Below, in pieces: positions 8,273 through 17,530 of a DNA stretch of 64,000 nt (its first letter is position 1; each line of letters begins with the position of its first letter). This DNA comes from Acidimicrobiaceae bacterium. GTDB taxonomy: Bacteria; Actinomycetota; Acidimicrobiia; Acidimicrobiales; Aldehydirespiratoraceae. The notes under the pieces are model-generated. The model was not told the origin of the DNA and did no database searches. It saw only the letters and a list, made by a program, of their open reading frames with translations. The translations under genes and the position numbers were made by a program. Location of the stretch: NCBI GenBank assembly GCA_026706815.1, contig JAPOYA010000017.1, positions 4,101 through 68,100 on the forward strand, given 5' to 3'.

Positions 8273-9418
8273 CTAGGTCCGACGCCGCCACAGCGTGACC
8301 GCCGAACCGGTCGGACTGGCGCTTACTGCAGCGACGCACTCGCCGGGGGCCGCGTTCGACACTCCGTCGACGGTCAGACGGAGCTCCTCCGCTGTGCCCG
8401 CGTCCCCGACGCCGAGGGTTCCCCCATCGGGATTGACGGTCGACGGATCAACCTCAAGGCGATGACAAATCGACAACAACCCGGCAGCGGTGCTCTCAAC
8501 TATCTCCCAACGGGCAATGTCAGGTGTGTCAACGCCCGCATGCGAAAGAGCACGCTCAAGGGCCAGTTCCACACCGCCAGTCGCATCCAGAGGACTTCCT
8601 GCAGCGCGTCCAACGCCTAGGACATCGGCGACCGGCGGCCCCTTTGCAGCAGGGCCTCCGCCAGTCAATAGCAGCGCGGCTGCACCATCGGCAGGCGGTG
8701 CGAACGAATACGCAGTGACCGTGCCGTCGGCAACGAACAACGGCGGCAACTCAGAGGGGTTGTCGGCCACCTCTCGGTGCTCGTCGGCGGCAACCGATGT
8801 CCCCCGAACGGCGGTGAGGCGACTACCCGGATGGGCCGCGACCGACAGCAGACAGCGGGCGTCCGCAGCACGGCGGCGCTCGACGCTGCGAGCCGCGGCG
8901 AGATCTTGTTGCACCCGATCAATCCCGAGCAGCCCAGCAGTTGACTCGGCAGCTCTCGGTGGTGGCAGCAAGCCCCCATCGGCCGCGACCCGCGTGGCGG
9001 GACCCTCACCCCACGGCTGTCCGTACACGCGGTTCAAAGCCGAAGCCCCAGGTGCAACAAGCGATGCCACCGACACCCCGACCACGACCACCGTGTCGGC
9101 AGAACCGGACATGATCGCAGCGACCGCGGCATGAAGAGCAGCCGAACCGCTCATCTCCGCCGAGTCGACGACGATCCCGCCGATTCGATCAGACCAACCT
9201 GCGCTGAGAACAGCCGCCCGAGCCATGTTCGCACCCTGCGCGCCGACTGGTTCGGCGCATCCAACCCACACCTCGTCGACCGACTCAGCAGCAACGCCGC
9301 AACGGTGTATCACCTCGTTCATCACCGACGCGCTCAGGTCGACCGGATGCCAACCGGCGAGAGCACCGTCTGTTCCGGTGAACGGGGTTCGGCAGGCAGC
9401 GGCGAGCATGACGGTCAT
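8273..9418 (-). CDS. Thiolase-fold protein, apparently lacking the catalytic triad
   Basis: Thiolase-like order of blocks: GANMARAAVLSAG, VVDSAEMSGSAALHAA, NPDGGTLGVGDAG, VAAVSASPTGSA. Positions expected to be Cys/His/Cys read Glu/Asp/Ser by my manual alignment. Confidence 0.7.
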   Translation of the reverse strand: MTVMLAAACRTPFTGTDGALAGWHPVDLSASVMNEVIHRCGVAAESVDEVWVGCAEPVGAQGANMARAAVLSAGWSDRIGGIVVDSAEMSGSAALHAAVAAIMSGSADTVVVVGVSVASLVAPGASALNRVYGQPWGEGPATRVAADGGLLPPPRAAESTAGLLGIDRVQQDLAAARSVERRRAADARCLLSVAAHPGSRLTAVRGTSVAADEHREVADNPSELPPLFVADGTVTAYSFAPPADGAAALLLTGGGPAAKGPPVADVLGVGRAAGSPLDATGGVELALERALSHAGVDTPDIARWEIVESTAAGLLSICHRLEVDPSTVNPDGGTLGVGDAGTAEELRLTVDGVSNAAPGECVAAVSASPTGSAVTLWRRRT

Positions 9419-9522
9419 TGCGAGAGTCTTCTACACTGAACGGCACTCGGGCAGCCATCAGGCTTGGACCCGACGATTCTCACACGAAACGCGCTCATAC
9501 CGGAACACAAAAGGGGAACGCA

Positions 9523-10071
9523 ATGGGATCAGCATTGATGCTCGGCACCGAGAGCTACATCACCGATATGGACGGGTTCAGCCTGGGCACGCTAGTTGTC
9601 AGGGTTGCCATCGGTCTCACCATGGCGGTTCACGGCTACGGAAAATTCTTCCGAGGCGGCAGGATTCCCGGCACTGCAGCTTGGTTCGATTCCATGGGGA
9701 TGCGCCCGGGGAAGCTCCATGCGCTGCTTGCCGCCTCCACCGAGATCGGCGCCGGACTCCTGTTGGCTTTTGGTCTGTTGACTCCGCTGGCTGCGCTCGC
9801 CTTTGTGGCTCTGATGGTTGTGGCCGGATGGACCGTCCATCGCAACAACGGTTTCCTTATCGTCGCTGGGGGGTGGGAGTACAACTTCGTGCTGGCGATC
9901 ATCGCCGTTGGCATAGCCGCAACCGGCCCCGGGAAGTACTCCCTCGACTACCAACTCGAGTTGATCGAGAACTTTGACGGCGTGACCGGACTGCTGATCA
10001 GCGCTGTCGGCGGGATCGCCGCCGCCATCACCCAACTAGCCCTGTTCTACCGCCCCCCAGCCACCGAGTAG
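9523..10071 (+). CDS. DoxX-family membrane protein
   Basis: VRVAIGLTMAVHGYGKFF...AGLLLAFGLLTP...GPGKYSLD. Start trimmed to ATG 9523, after aaggggaa. Confidence 0.8.
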   Translation: MGSALMLGTESYITDMDGFSLGTLVVRVAIGLTMAVHGYGKFFRGGRIPGTAAWFDSMGMRPGKLHALLAASTEIGAGLLLAFGLLTPLAALAFVALMVVAGWTVHRNNGFLIVAGGWEYNFVLAIIAVGIAATGPGKYSLDYQLELIENFDGVTGLLISAVGGIAAAITQLALFYRPPATE

Positions 10072-10136
10072 CTTCTCTTTATCAGGGATTGCATGCCGGG
10101 CGGCTCTGGGTGGTATATTTTCCGGTATGAAATCGT

Positions 10137-10391
10137 ATGATAATTCCGCCGTTCGATCGACTTGCGGAGGTACGACTTATCGCTGGATACCAATGGAACT
10201 CGACGACACATGAGATCGGCCCGGCGGTTCTGTCCCTTCGTGATGGCTTGGACAATGTTCTCTGGATGATTGAACTGCTTGAACCGGTCGATGGAAGCTC
10301 TGTCATGCCCATCGCGGATTCGAAAACACCAGAACCGCCGACCATCGAGTTCTCGGATGTACCGGTCAGAGAAACGAAGGCAAGCGAATAG
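10137..10391 (+). CDS. Hypothetical 84-aa protein, stop overlapping the start of the XRE-ImmA/IrrE gene
   Basis: ORF in a visibly lower-G+C patch. Its TAG (10389-10391) shares a G with the GTG at 10391. No recognisable motif and no clear RBS. Confidence 0.3.
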   Translation: MIIPPFDRLAEVRLIAGYQWNSTTHEIGPAVLSLRDGLDNVLWMIELLEPVDGSSVMPIADSKTPEPPTIEFSDVPVRETKASE

Positions 10392-11431
10392 TGGGGATAG
10401 GCGAGGCGATCGCGATGGCCCGGCGTGCCCGTGGTCTCACACAGGGATTGCTGGCTGAACGCTTGGGGATAACGCAGGCGGCCCTGTCTCGGTATGAGAA
10501 CGAACTGCGAGATCCAACTGATGATGCCCTTGATCAAATTGCTTCGACTCTCGGAGTGCTGCCCGAACTCTTGAGCCAAGCTGACCGTATGGAAGGAGCT
10601 CTCGCCGTTGGAGCTCATATGCGACGACGGGCTACAGCCAAGCCGACCGTGTGGCGTCGTCTTGAAGCCCAGTTGAATCTTCACCGGCTCCACGCACAAC
10701 GTCTTTTTGACGAGTTGGACCTGCGAACCGAACTAACTATCCCTTGGCTTGATCCGTTCGAATACGAACCGACGACGGCCGCCCGTCTCTTGCGAATGCA
10801 GTGGCGTATGCCCAGCGGCCCGGTGAGAGATCTTGTGGGGTGGATGGAATCCGCCGGTTGTCTGATCATCGACACAGACTTCGGAACATCCCGAGTCGAC
10901 GGACTCTCTCAATGGAGCGGCACTTACCCAGTCGTGATGCTCAACCTCTCCGCGCCGACCGACCGTCGTCGGCTGACCTTGGCCCATGAGCTGGGGCACC
11001 TGTGCCTCCATAGCCAAGGGGTACCCGACGATGTCGAAGCCGACGCCACCGCTTTTGCTGCTGAGTTCCTGTTGCCCGAAGAGACGATTCGGCCCCAGTT
11101 GCGCAACCTCACTGTTGGTCGGCTGCACGACCTCAAACGTTTGTGGGGGGTGTCAATGCAGGCTCTAATCGAACGATCCCACGAATTGGGAGTCATCACT
11201 TCCAGGGAGCGAACCAACTTTTATAAGAGGTTTAGCGCGCTGGGTTGGCGGACTCGTGAGCCTTTGAGTGACGAACTAGCACAAGAGCGTCCCCGTTTGG
11301 CGGCGGAGATCGGCAGAGCACTGCTCGCTCGCGGCCATAACAAAAGTGAGGCCGCAAGGATCTGTGGTTACACCGTTGACAACCCTGACAATCCCTTCAT
11401 CGTCGACAAGCACCAGCTGCGATTGGTGTGA
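10391..11431 (+). CDS. Fused XRE-family HTH / ImmA-IrrE (COG2856, M78-like) metallopeptidase
   Basis: N-terminal IGEAIAMARRARGLTQGLLAERLGITQAALSRYENE (XRE HTH). HEXXH occurs as LAHELGHLCLH with a downstream EFLLPEE. Confidence 0.8.
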   Translation: MGIGEAIAMARRARGLTQGLLAERLGITQAALSRYENELRDPTDDALDQIASTLGVLPELLSQADRMEGALAVGAHMRRRATAKPTVWRRLEAQLNLHRLHAQRLFDELDLRTELTIPWLDPFEYEPTTAARLLRMQWRMPSGPVRDLVGWMESAGCLIIDTDFGTSRVDGLSQWSGTYPVVMLNLSAPTDRRRLTLAHELGHLCLHSQGVPDDVEADATAFAAEFLLPEETIRPQLRNLTVGRLHDLKRLWGVSMQALIERSHELGVITSRERTNFYKRFSALGWRTREPLSDELAQERPRLAAEIGRALLARGHNKSEAARICGYTVDNPDNPFIVDKHQLRLV

Positions 11432-11462
11432 TGGGCAAGGCTCGAGACGGCAGGTGAAGGGG

Positions 11463-14189
11463 TCAGCCGGTGTTGCGCAGTCCGGCGGCGACACCGTTGA
11501 CGGTCAGCAACAGGGCGCGGCGCAGCCGGGTCAAGTCGTGGCCTGCGTCGCGCCCGGCGCGGGATCGGGCGAGCAACTCGACCTGCAGCACGTTGATCGG
11601 GTCCAAGTAGGCGTCGCGCACAGCCAGTGTGCGCTTCAGAATCGGCAGGTCGTCAAGAAGGCCGCGTTCAGTGATCTCAGCGATCTCGGTCACAGTGCGG
11701 TCGTGTTCGGCGGCAATGGCGTCGAAGAAGTGGTGCAATTCCAACGGCACGAGCCGGTCGACATAATGGCGGGTGATCGCGAGGTCCGTTTTGGCGAGGG
11801 TCATCTCAACGTTGGAGATGAACGCGGCGAAGAACTGCCAGTCGTCATACATCGCCTTCAGTTCAACCGCGTGGCCTGCTGACCGGGCAGCTTCGAGAGC
11901 GGTACCGACTCCGAACCATCCCGGAATGATCTGACGGGACTGGGTCCAGCCGAACACCCACGGGATTGCTCGGAGCCCTTCAAGCCCGGCTCCGGCGCTT
12001 GAGCGGCGCGCCGGACGCGAACCTATGTTCATGTCGGCCAGTTCCTCCACTGGAGTGGACTTCTGGAAATAATCGACGAATCCGGGAGTCTCGAGCAGCT
12101 CCCGGTAGGACTTGAAAGCCCGTTGCGACATGAGTTCCATGACAGTGTTCCAACTGTGTGTCTCGGACCACTCGTGGCGGGGAGTGCGGTGCGCGAGCGA
12201 GGCTTCCAGAACTGCCGACAGAGCCAAGTCGAGGTTTCGTTGGGCCAACCCGGGCAGTCCGTACTTGTCGGCAATGACCTCGCCCTGCTCGGTGATCTTG
12301 ACCGCCCCGTTGATCACCCCGGCCGGCTGGCTCAGGATCGAGGCGTTGGTGGGGCCTCCCCCTCGCCCGACGGTGCCGCCCCGACCGTGGAACACGGTGA
12401 TCTTGATACCGGTTTCCGACGCCACCTCAGCTATCTGACGCAATGCCTTGTGTATCTCCCATTGGGAGGTCGTGATTCCGCCGTCCTTGTTGGAGTCCGA
12501 ATAGCCGACCATCACCTCCTGGGAGTTGTCCCTCAACTCCAGCAGACGTCGATAGGAGGGGTTGTTGAGCAGGTCGCGCAACACGACGCCGATACTTCGG
12601 AGATCGTCGATCGTCTCGAACAGCGGTACGAAACCGAGCCGGGCTACTCCAGCCACGAGATCGATCAGTCCGACGTCGCGGGCCAGCACGGCAGGAGCGA
12701 GGATGTCGTCGACTCCTTGGGTCATCGAAACGATGTAGACGCCGATGATCTCGTCGCCAGCCTGGTCCATGGCATCGCGCAGGGCCGCGAGCAGGGACAG
12801 CGAATCGCTGCCGGCCCCGCCTGTCGGCGGCGCAAGCGGGCGGCGGCTGCTGAGTTCGGCGGTCAGCAGTTCGATCCGAGCGGAGCGATCCAGGGTGGAG
12901 TATTCGGTGCCGAGAGCCGAGAAGAGCTCGTCGAGCGCGCGATGGTGGACGTCTGCGTGCTCGCGGATGTCGAGGGTGGCCAAGTGGAACCCGATCATCG
13001 CCACGGTGCGGCGCAGCCGCGCCAAACGGCCCTGTGCCAACAGCGTGCCGCGGTGCGAAGCGAGCGATCTTCCCATGACCGCCAGGTCCGCTTCCAATTC
13101 TTGGGGGGATGTGTAGGCGTTTGGCCGGGGGGGGTTTGCGGCGGTTTCTTGGAGGCGTTGATGGATGACGCCGCAGCGCCGTCTGTAGGGCTCGCCTTGG
13201 CTGAGCTCGTCGAATCTTGCTGTGACCGCGGGAAACGCCGCACGGTCAGCATCCAGTTGACCGAGCAACTCCTCGGACACCTCCGCGACCACGTCGCTGA
13301 CCGACAGCTCCGCTGAGAGCTGCTCGACCTCGTGGATCAGAATGCGCAGCGCCCGACTCCGTTGGAACTCGAGCACTTCGAGCGTGATCTCAGGTGTGAC
13401 GTTGGGGTTTCCGTCGCGGTCGCCTCCGACCCATGAACCGAAATGAACCGGAGCGTTCTCGTTGAGAGCTCCTCCAATACTGCGCAGAGCAGAATCTATG
13501 TCGTCGAAAAGTTCGGGAACCCCTTCGGTCGTGATCTCGTTGAGGAAATAGAGAATCGAGCGTGCCTCGTTCACCGGGTTGGGTTGGGTTCGCCGCAACT
13601 CGTCGGTTTGCCAGATGACGTCGATCAGTTCGTCGATCCGGCGATCGACGCGCTTTTTGTCGCTTGGTCCGGCGCTGGACTCGTTGCGCTCCTCGATGAG
13701 AACGGCGATCTCTGCGAGCTTGTCGAGTATCGATCTGCGCGAGGCCTCGGTGGGGTGGGCTGTAAACACCGGTCGCAGGTCGAGCGAGCAGGCCGTCTCA
13801 ATGATCTCTGCGTCTTCGACCCCGCTGGCCTGGAGTTTGGCCACGGTTTCGGCGAATCTCCTGTTGGTTGTCAGCGGGTTGGCGTTGAGGTGTTCGATGC
13901 GGTGAACCTGCTCGGCGGTGTTGGCAAGATGGAAATAGACGGTGAACGCGCGCACCAGCAGGATCGCCTCGACGAGGTCGACGTCTGTGAGGTGGTCGAT
14001 GAGATCCGACCCGGATTCGCCGTTGCGGTGCAGGCGGCTTGCGTGCGTGCGCACTTGCTCGACTGTCTCAAGCAGTTCAGGGCCGTGTTGGCGCACCAGC
14101 GCCGATCCGAGCTGGGCGCCGAGCCGCCGGATGTCGTTGCGAAGGGCCGCGTCGATCTGCTTCAGGTGCGCGTCGGTCACGGTTGACAC
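11463..14189 (-). CDS. ppc: Phosphoenolpyruvate carboxylase
   Basis: 908 aa with VFTAHPTE, GYSDSNKDGG, FHGRGGTVGRGGGP and the C-terminal LLTVNGVAAGLRNTG. Confidence 0.95.
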   Translation of the reverse strand: MSTVTDAHLKQIDAALRNDIRRLGAQLGSALVRQHGPELLETVEQVRTHASRLHRNGESGSDLIDHLTDVDLVEAILLVRAFTVYFHLANTAEQVHRIEHLNANPLTTNRRFAETVAKLQASGVEDAEIIETACSLDLRPVFTAHPTEASRRSILDKLAEIAVLIEERNESSAGPSDKKRVDRRIDELIDVIWQTDELRRTQPNPVNEARSILYFLNEITTEGVPELFDDIDSALRSIGGALNENAPVHFGSWVGGDRDGNPNVTPEITLEVLEFQRSRALRILIHEVEQLSAELSVSDVVAEVSEELLGQLDADRAAFPAVTARFDELSQGEPYRRRCGVIHQRLQETAANPPRPNAYTSPQELEADLAVMGRSLASHRGTLLAQGRLARLRRTVAMIGFHLATLDIREHADVHHRALDELFSALGTEYSTLDRSARIELLTAELSSRRPLAPPTGGAGSDSLSLLAALRDAMDQAGDEIIGVYIVSMTQGVDDILAPAVLARDVGLIDLVAGVARLGFVPLFETIDDLRSIGVVLRDLLNNPSYRRLLELRDNSQEVMVGYSDSNKDGGITTSQWEIHKALRQIAEVASETGIKITVFHGRGGTVGRGGGPTNASILSQPAGVINGAVKITEQGEVIADKYGLPGLAQRNLDLALSAVLEASLAHRTPRHEWSETHSWNTVMELMSQRAFKSYRELLETPGFVDYFQKSTPVEELADMNIGSRPARRSSAGAGLEGLRAIPWVFGWTQSRQIIPGWFGVGTALEAARSAGHAVELKAMYDDWQFFAAFISNVEMTLAKTDLAITRHYVDRLVPLELHHFFDAIAAEHDRTVTEIAEITERGLLDDLPILKRTLAVRDAYLDPINVLQVELLARSRAGRDAGHDLTRLRRALLLTVNGVAAGLRNTG

Positions 14190-14257
14190 GTTACATATTC
14201 ATTCACGCGGGTTCCGCTACTTGTTCGTCGGCTCTAGGGGTCACGCCGTCTTCTGTC

Positions 14258-14863
14258 TCAACCTCGGCGTGACAGATCATCACAGCCGCGAACATACCAG
14301 CGCCACGGCAGTTCGGTTCCCGCGCTGAGGCCGATGCGGGTGGAACAACCTGGGTCTGCTGGAGGCGGGGTTCCATCGTCGAGCAGCTCGATGCCGGCTT
14401 CTGCGGTTGCCAGGTTTGCGCCGTTGTTGGCGCCGTCGATGCCGAAAGCTGAGGTGAACTTGGCAGGTCCACTGCACAAGTCTCGGTCGCGCCGAGCCGC
14501 GGGCCTGCGCTTTCTCATGTCGTTCAGACCGGCAAGGGGGGTCGCGGCCCGCAGCAGCACGGCGCTGCACTCGCCGTCGTCGCCGCATACGACGTTGGCG
14601 CACCAGTGCATCCCGTAGGTGAAGTAGACGTATAGACGCCCGGCGGGTCCGAACATAACCTCGGTGCGGGGAGTCATGCCGCGGTATCCGTGGCTTCCGG
14701 GGTCGTCGAACCCCTTGTATGCCTCAACCTCTACTAGTCGGCCGCGGCAGTTTCCGAACACGATCACCTTGTTGAGCAACTGGGGGGCCACATCGAGTGA
14801 GTCCCGAGCGAAGAAGTCCCGTTGCAGTCGCCCTTCGCCCCCAGCTCGGTGGTTGTGCTGCAT
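14258..14863 (-). CDS. mpg: DNA-3-methyladenine glycosylase (Mpg/AAG family)
   Basis: FFARDSLDVAPQLLN...GRLVEVEAYKG.DDPGSHGYRGMTPR...GRLYVYFTYGMHWC. Confidence 0.85.
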   Translation of the reverse strand: MQHNHRAGGEGRLQRDFFARDSLDVAPQLLNKVIVFGNCRGRLVEVEAYKGFDDPGSHGYRGMTPRTEVMFGPAGRLYVYFTYGMHWCANVVCGDDGECSAVLLRAATPLAGLNDMRKRRPAARRDRDLCSGPAKFTSAFGIDGANNGANLATAEAGIELLDDGTPPPADPGCSTRIGLSAGTELPWRWYVRGCDDLSRRG

Positions 14864-14872
14864 CTTGCGGGG

Positions 14873-15316
14873 TCAGACTTCCAGCATCAAGGTTACTGGG
14901 CCGTCGTTGGTCAACTCGACGTCCATCATCGCCCCGAACGATCCGGTGGCCACGGTGGCACCGAGAAGCCTCAGCTCGGCTGAGAGCTCGTCGATCAGCT
15001 CGGCTGCTTGACCTGGTTCAGCGGCCGCCGCAAAAGACGGGCGACGGCCCTTGCGCGTGTCGCCGTAGAGAGTGAACTGGCTGATCACCAGAACCTCCCG
15101 GCTCGTGTCGGCCACTGACCTGTCCATGTGCCCGTTCTCGTCGGCGAATATTCGCAGGTGCCAGAGTTTGCGGGCTAACCTCGCCGCGCTTTGCCGGTTG
15201 TCGCTGTGGGTCACGCCAACGAGGCAGCACAGCCCAGCGCCGATCTCCCCGACGACCTCGCCAGAGACGCGGACTCGTGCCTCTGTGACCCGCTGCACCA
15301 GAGCTCTCACACTCAC
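14873..15316 (-). CDS. dtd: D-aminoacyl-tRNA deacylase
   Basis: (MS)VRALVQRV..., [23 protein letters not shown]. The start may be the second GTG, at 15310. Confidence 0.9.
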   Translation of the reverse strand: MSVRALVQRVTEARVRVSGEVVGEIGAGLCCLVGVTHSDNRQSAARLARKLWHLRIFADENGHMDRSVADTSREVLVISQFTLYGDTRKGRRPSFAAAAEPGQAAELIDELSAELRLLGATVATGSFGAMMDVELTNDGPVTLMLEV

Positions 15317-15475
15317 AACCTACTTCCCGTTGAGCCCATTCGAGGAACACAGCGAGGAACACAGCTTCGGGCTGCGCGCGTGCGCTTTGCAGGTGGCATT
15401 GCTCGGGCGGGATGACCCATTGCCTACGCAGTTGAGCCGCTCGGTCGCAGCGGGTCGATACCTGGCTCACCCGCC

Positions 15476-15568
15476 TCAGCCGGTGAGGAGTTGATGGACG
15501 CGCTGATGGGAAACTCCGATGAGTCGCCCGATGTCGCGCATTGGCAGACCCTCGGCGCGGAGGGCCAC
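15476..15568 (-). pseudogene. Short stand-alone helix-turn-helix ORF or remnant (30 codons from GTG; frame open back to 15646)
   Basis: My translation: (..FDRRRSSL)VALRAEGLPMRDIGRLIGVSHQRVHQLLTG*. It resembles an isolated HTH from a recombinase, transposase or sigma region-4 type domain. Too short for the ORF track. Confidence 0.3.
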
Positions 15569-15777
15569 TAGACTTGATCTCCGCCGGTCAAAACCAAAAA
15601 CCCCCGGACGCCGAAGCAACAGGGGTAGTGGGGCAGACCGCAGCGATTAAGGACGACTCCCGTCAACGGATCTGAGTTGGCAGATAGGAGCGGCTCCTTC
15701 ATACTGATTCATACTGACCGTGGAACCGCACGGCCGTCGCGCTGTCGGACTCCGGCCCCAACCCCGATCGAGGATCC

Positions 15778-17322
15778 ATGTATCCCGGCCACAATGCAAA
15801 GACGACACCCGACAAACCAGCCGTCATCATGGCCGGCTCCGGCGAGTCGGTCAGCTACCGCCAACTCGACGAGGCTTCGAATCGGTTGACCCATTGGCTC
15901 TTCGCCCAAGGGCTGAGAGCGGGTGACCACATAGCGATCCTGGCCGAGAACAGCCCGCGTTACTTCGAGGTGTATTGGGCGGCTCTGCGCTCGGGGCTCT
16001 ACATCACCGCCATCAACCGCTTCCTGTCCCCCGAAGAAGCGGCCTACATCGTCAACGACAGCAACTCGACCGTGCTTGTGACGACCTCGGCGATGGCTGA
16101 GACCGCAGCCAGCATGGCCGAGATGATCCCTCAGTGTTCCAAGCGCCTGATGATGAACGGAACGATCGACGGTTTTGACTCCTACGAAGACGCCGTTGCG
16201 GGGATGCCCGCAGAAAGGCTCGAAGACCAGCCGGCCGGTGACGTGATGCTCTATTCCTCTGGAACCACAGGCCGGCCGAAAGGAGTCAAACGGAAGTTGA
16301 GCGGCCTGCAGATCGACGATCCGGAACGGGTGTCCTTGACCATGCTTCTGCGACATCTGCTGGGCATGGATCACACTTCCCTGTACCTCTCGCCGGCACC
16401 GCTGTATCACTCGGCCCCGCTGCAGTGGTGCGCCGGGATCCACGAACTCGGCGGCACCGTCGTGGTGATGGAGAAGTTTGACGCGGCGAAGTTCCTCGAG
16501 TACGTCGAGCGCTATTCGATCAGGGAAACTCAGGTTGTGCCGACCATGTTCGTGCGCATGCTCAAGCTCCCCGAAGAGGTGCGCACCGGCTATGACCTGT
16601 CGTCGCTGAACATGTGCATCCACGCGGCGGCGCCTTGCCCGGTGCCAGTGAAGGATCAGATGATCCAGTGGTGGGGTCCGATCATCAACGAGTACTACGC
16701 CGGGACCGAGGGCAACGGGTTCTGTTTCATCACCAGCGAGGAATGGCTTGAGCACAAGGGCTCGGTGGGGAAGTCCGCGATCGGCATTCCCCACGTCTGC
16801 GACGACGAAGGCAACGAACTCCCGACCGGGGAGGCCGGGTTGATCTACTTTGAACAGGACATATCGGCGTTCGAATACCACCGAGATCCGGAGAAGACCG
16901 CCGAGTCGAGACATCCGCAACACCAGAGCTGGTCGAAGCTCGGTGACATCGGCTATCTTGACGAGGACGGGTACCTCTATCTGACGGATCGCTCAGCGTT
17001 CATGATCATCAGCGGCGGGGTGAACATCTACCCCCAAGAGATCGAAGCGTGCTTCGCTCTGCATCCGAAGGTCGCCGATGTGGCAGTGTTCGGTTTGCCC
17101 GACCCGGAGATGGGCGAGTACGTCCACGCAGTCGTACAGCCCGAGGCTGGGTTGGAGCCGTCGGACGAGCTCGCCGAAGAGCTTCGGTCTTTCGCACGCG
17201 GTGAGATCGCGCATTACAAGGTGCCCCGTGTGATCGATTTCCGAGCGGAGCTGCCGCGGCTGCCGACCGGGAAGCTCTACAAGAAGCCCCTCCGCCAAGA
17301 ATACCTGGACCGCGAAACCTAA
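15778..17322 (+). CDS. AMP-dependent acyl-CoA synthetase/ligase (FadD-like)
   Basis: MLYSSGTTGRPKGV, YYAGTEG, GDIGYLDEDGYLYLTDR and the C-terminal PTGKLYKK. Confidence 0.85.
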   Translation: MYPGHNAKTTPDKPAVIMAGSGESVSYRQLDEASNRLTHWLFAQGLRAGDHIAILAENSPRYFEVYWAALRSGLYITAINRFLSPEEAAYIVNDSNSTVLVTTSAMAETAASMAEMIPQCSKRLMMNGTIDGFDSYEDAVAGMPAERLEDQPAGDVMLYSSGTTGRPKGVKRKLSGLQIDDPERVSLTMLLRHLLGMDHTSLYLSPAPLYHSAPLQWCAGIHELGGTVVVMEKFDAAKFLEYVERYSIRETQVVPTMFVRMLKLPEEVRTGYDLSSLNMCIHAAAPCPVPVKDQMIQWWGPIINEYYAGTEGNGFCFITSEEWLEHKGSVGKSAIGIPHVCDDEGNELPTGEAGLIYFEQDISAFEYHRDPEKTAESRHPQHQSWSKLGDIGYLDEDGYLYLTDRSAFMIISGGVNIYPQEIEACFALHPKVADVAVFGLPDPEMGEYVHAVVQPEAGLEPSDELAEELRSFARGEIAHYKVPRVIDFRAELPRLPTGKLYKKPLRQEYLDRET

Positions 17323-17352
17323 ACATCCGAACCCGCAAAACCCCTGGAGTGG
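17311..17352. repeat. Left copy of a 42-bp direct repeat (putative attL); includes the last 3 codons plus TAA of the acyl-CoA synthetase
   Basis: cgcgaaacctaaacatccgaacccgcaaaacccctggagtgg is 41/42 identical to 19405-19446. Confidence 0.9.
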
Positions 17353-17530
17353 GGGTATCGCGACCCCTCTGTGCCTGGGGGTTTAGAGAGGTGGTTCTAG
17401 TTTCTCCATATTCGTTGAGCCTGACGACAGACATCGCGAGAAGGCTAATTCGCTTGTTTTGGCGGCTTGAGCTGCGGGTTCGCAACCGACAGCGATTCGG
17501 CTTCCCCGGTGACTCATCCATTGCCGCCGA

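Noticed and set aside
10082-10699. 205-aa minus-strand ORF overlapping the XRE-ImmA gene start
   Set aside because: It is Ser/Arg-rich with no motifs and overlaps the convincing XRE HTH coding region. The plus-strand 84-aa ORF is the better, though still weak, candidate for 10137-10391.
12123-13316. 397-aa plus-strand ORF, and other ORFs inside 11463-14189
   Set aside because: They are antisense to the unambiguous PEP carboxylase gene.
15709-16923. 404-aa minus-strand ORF antisense to the acyl-CoA synthetase
   Set aside because: It has an Arg/Gly/His/Val-rich composition with no motifs and lies fully inside a gene with clear AMP-ligase motifs. This is a typical high-G+C antisense artefact.
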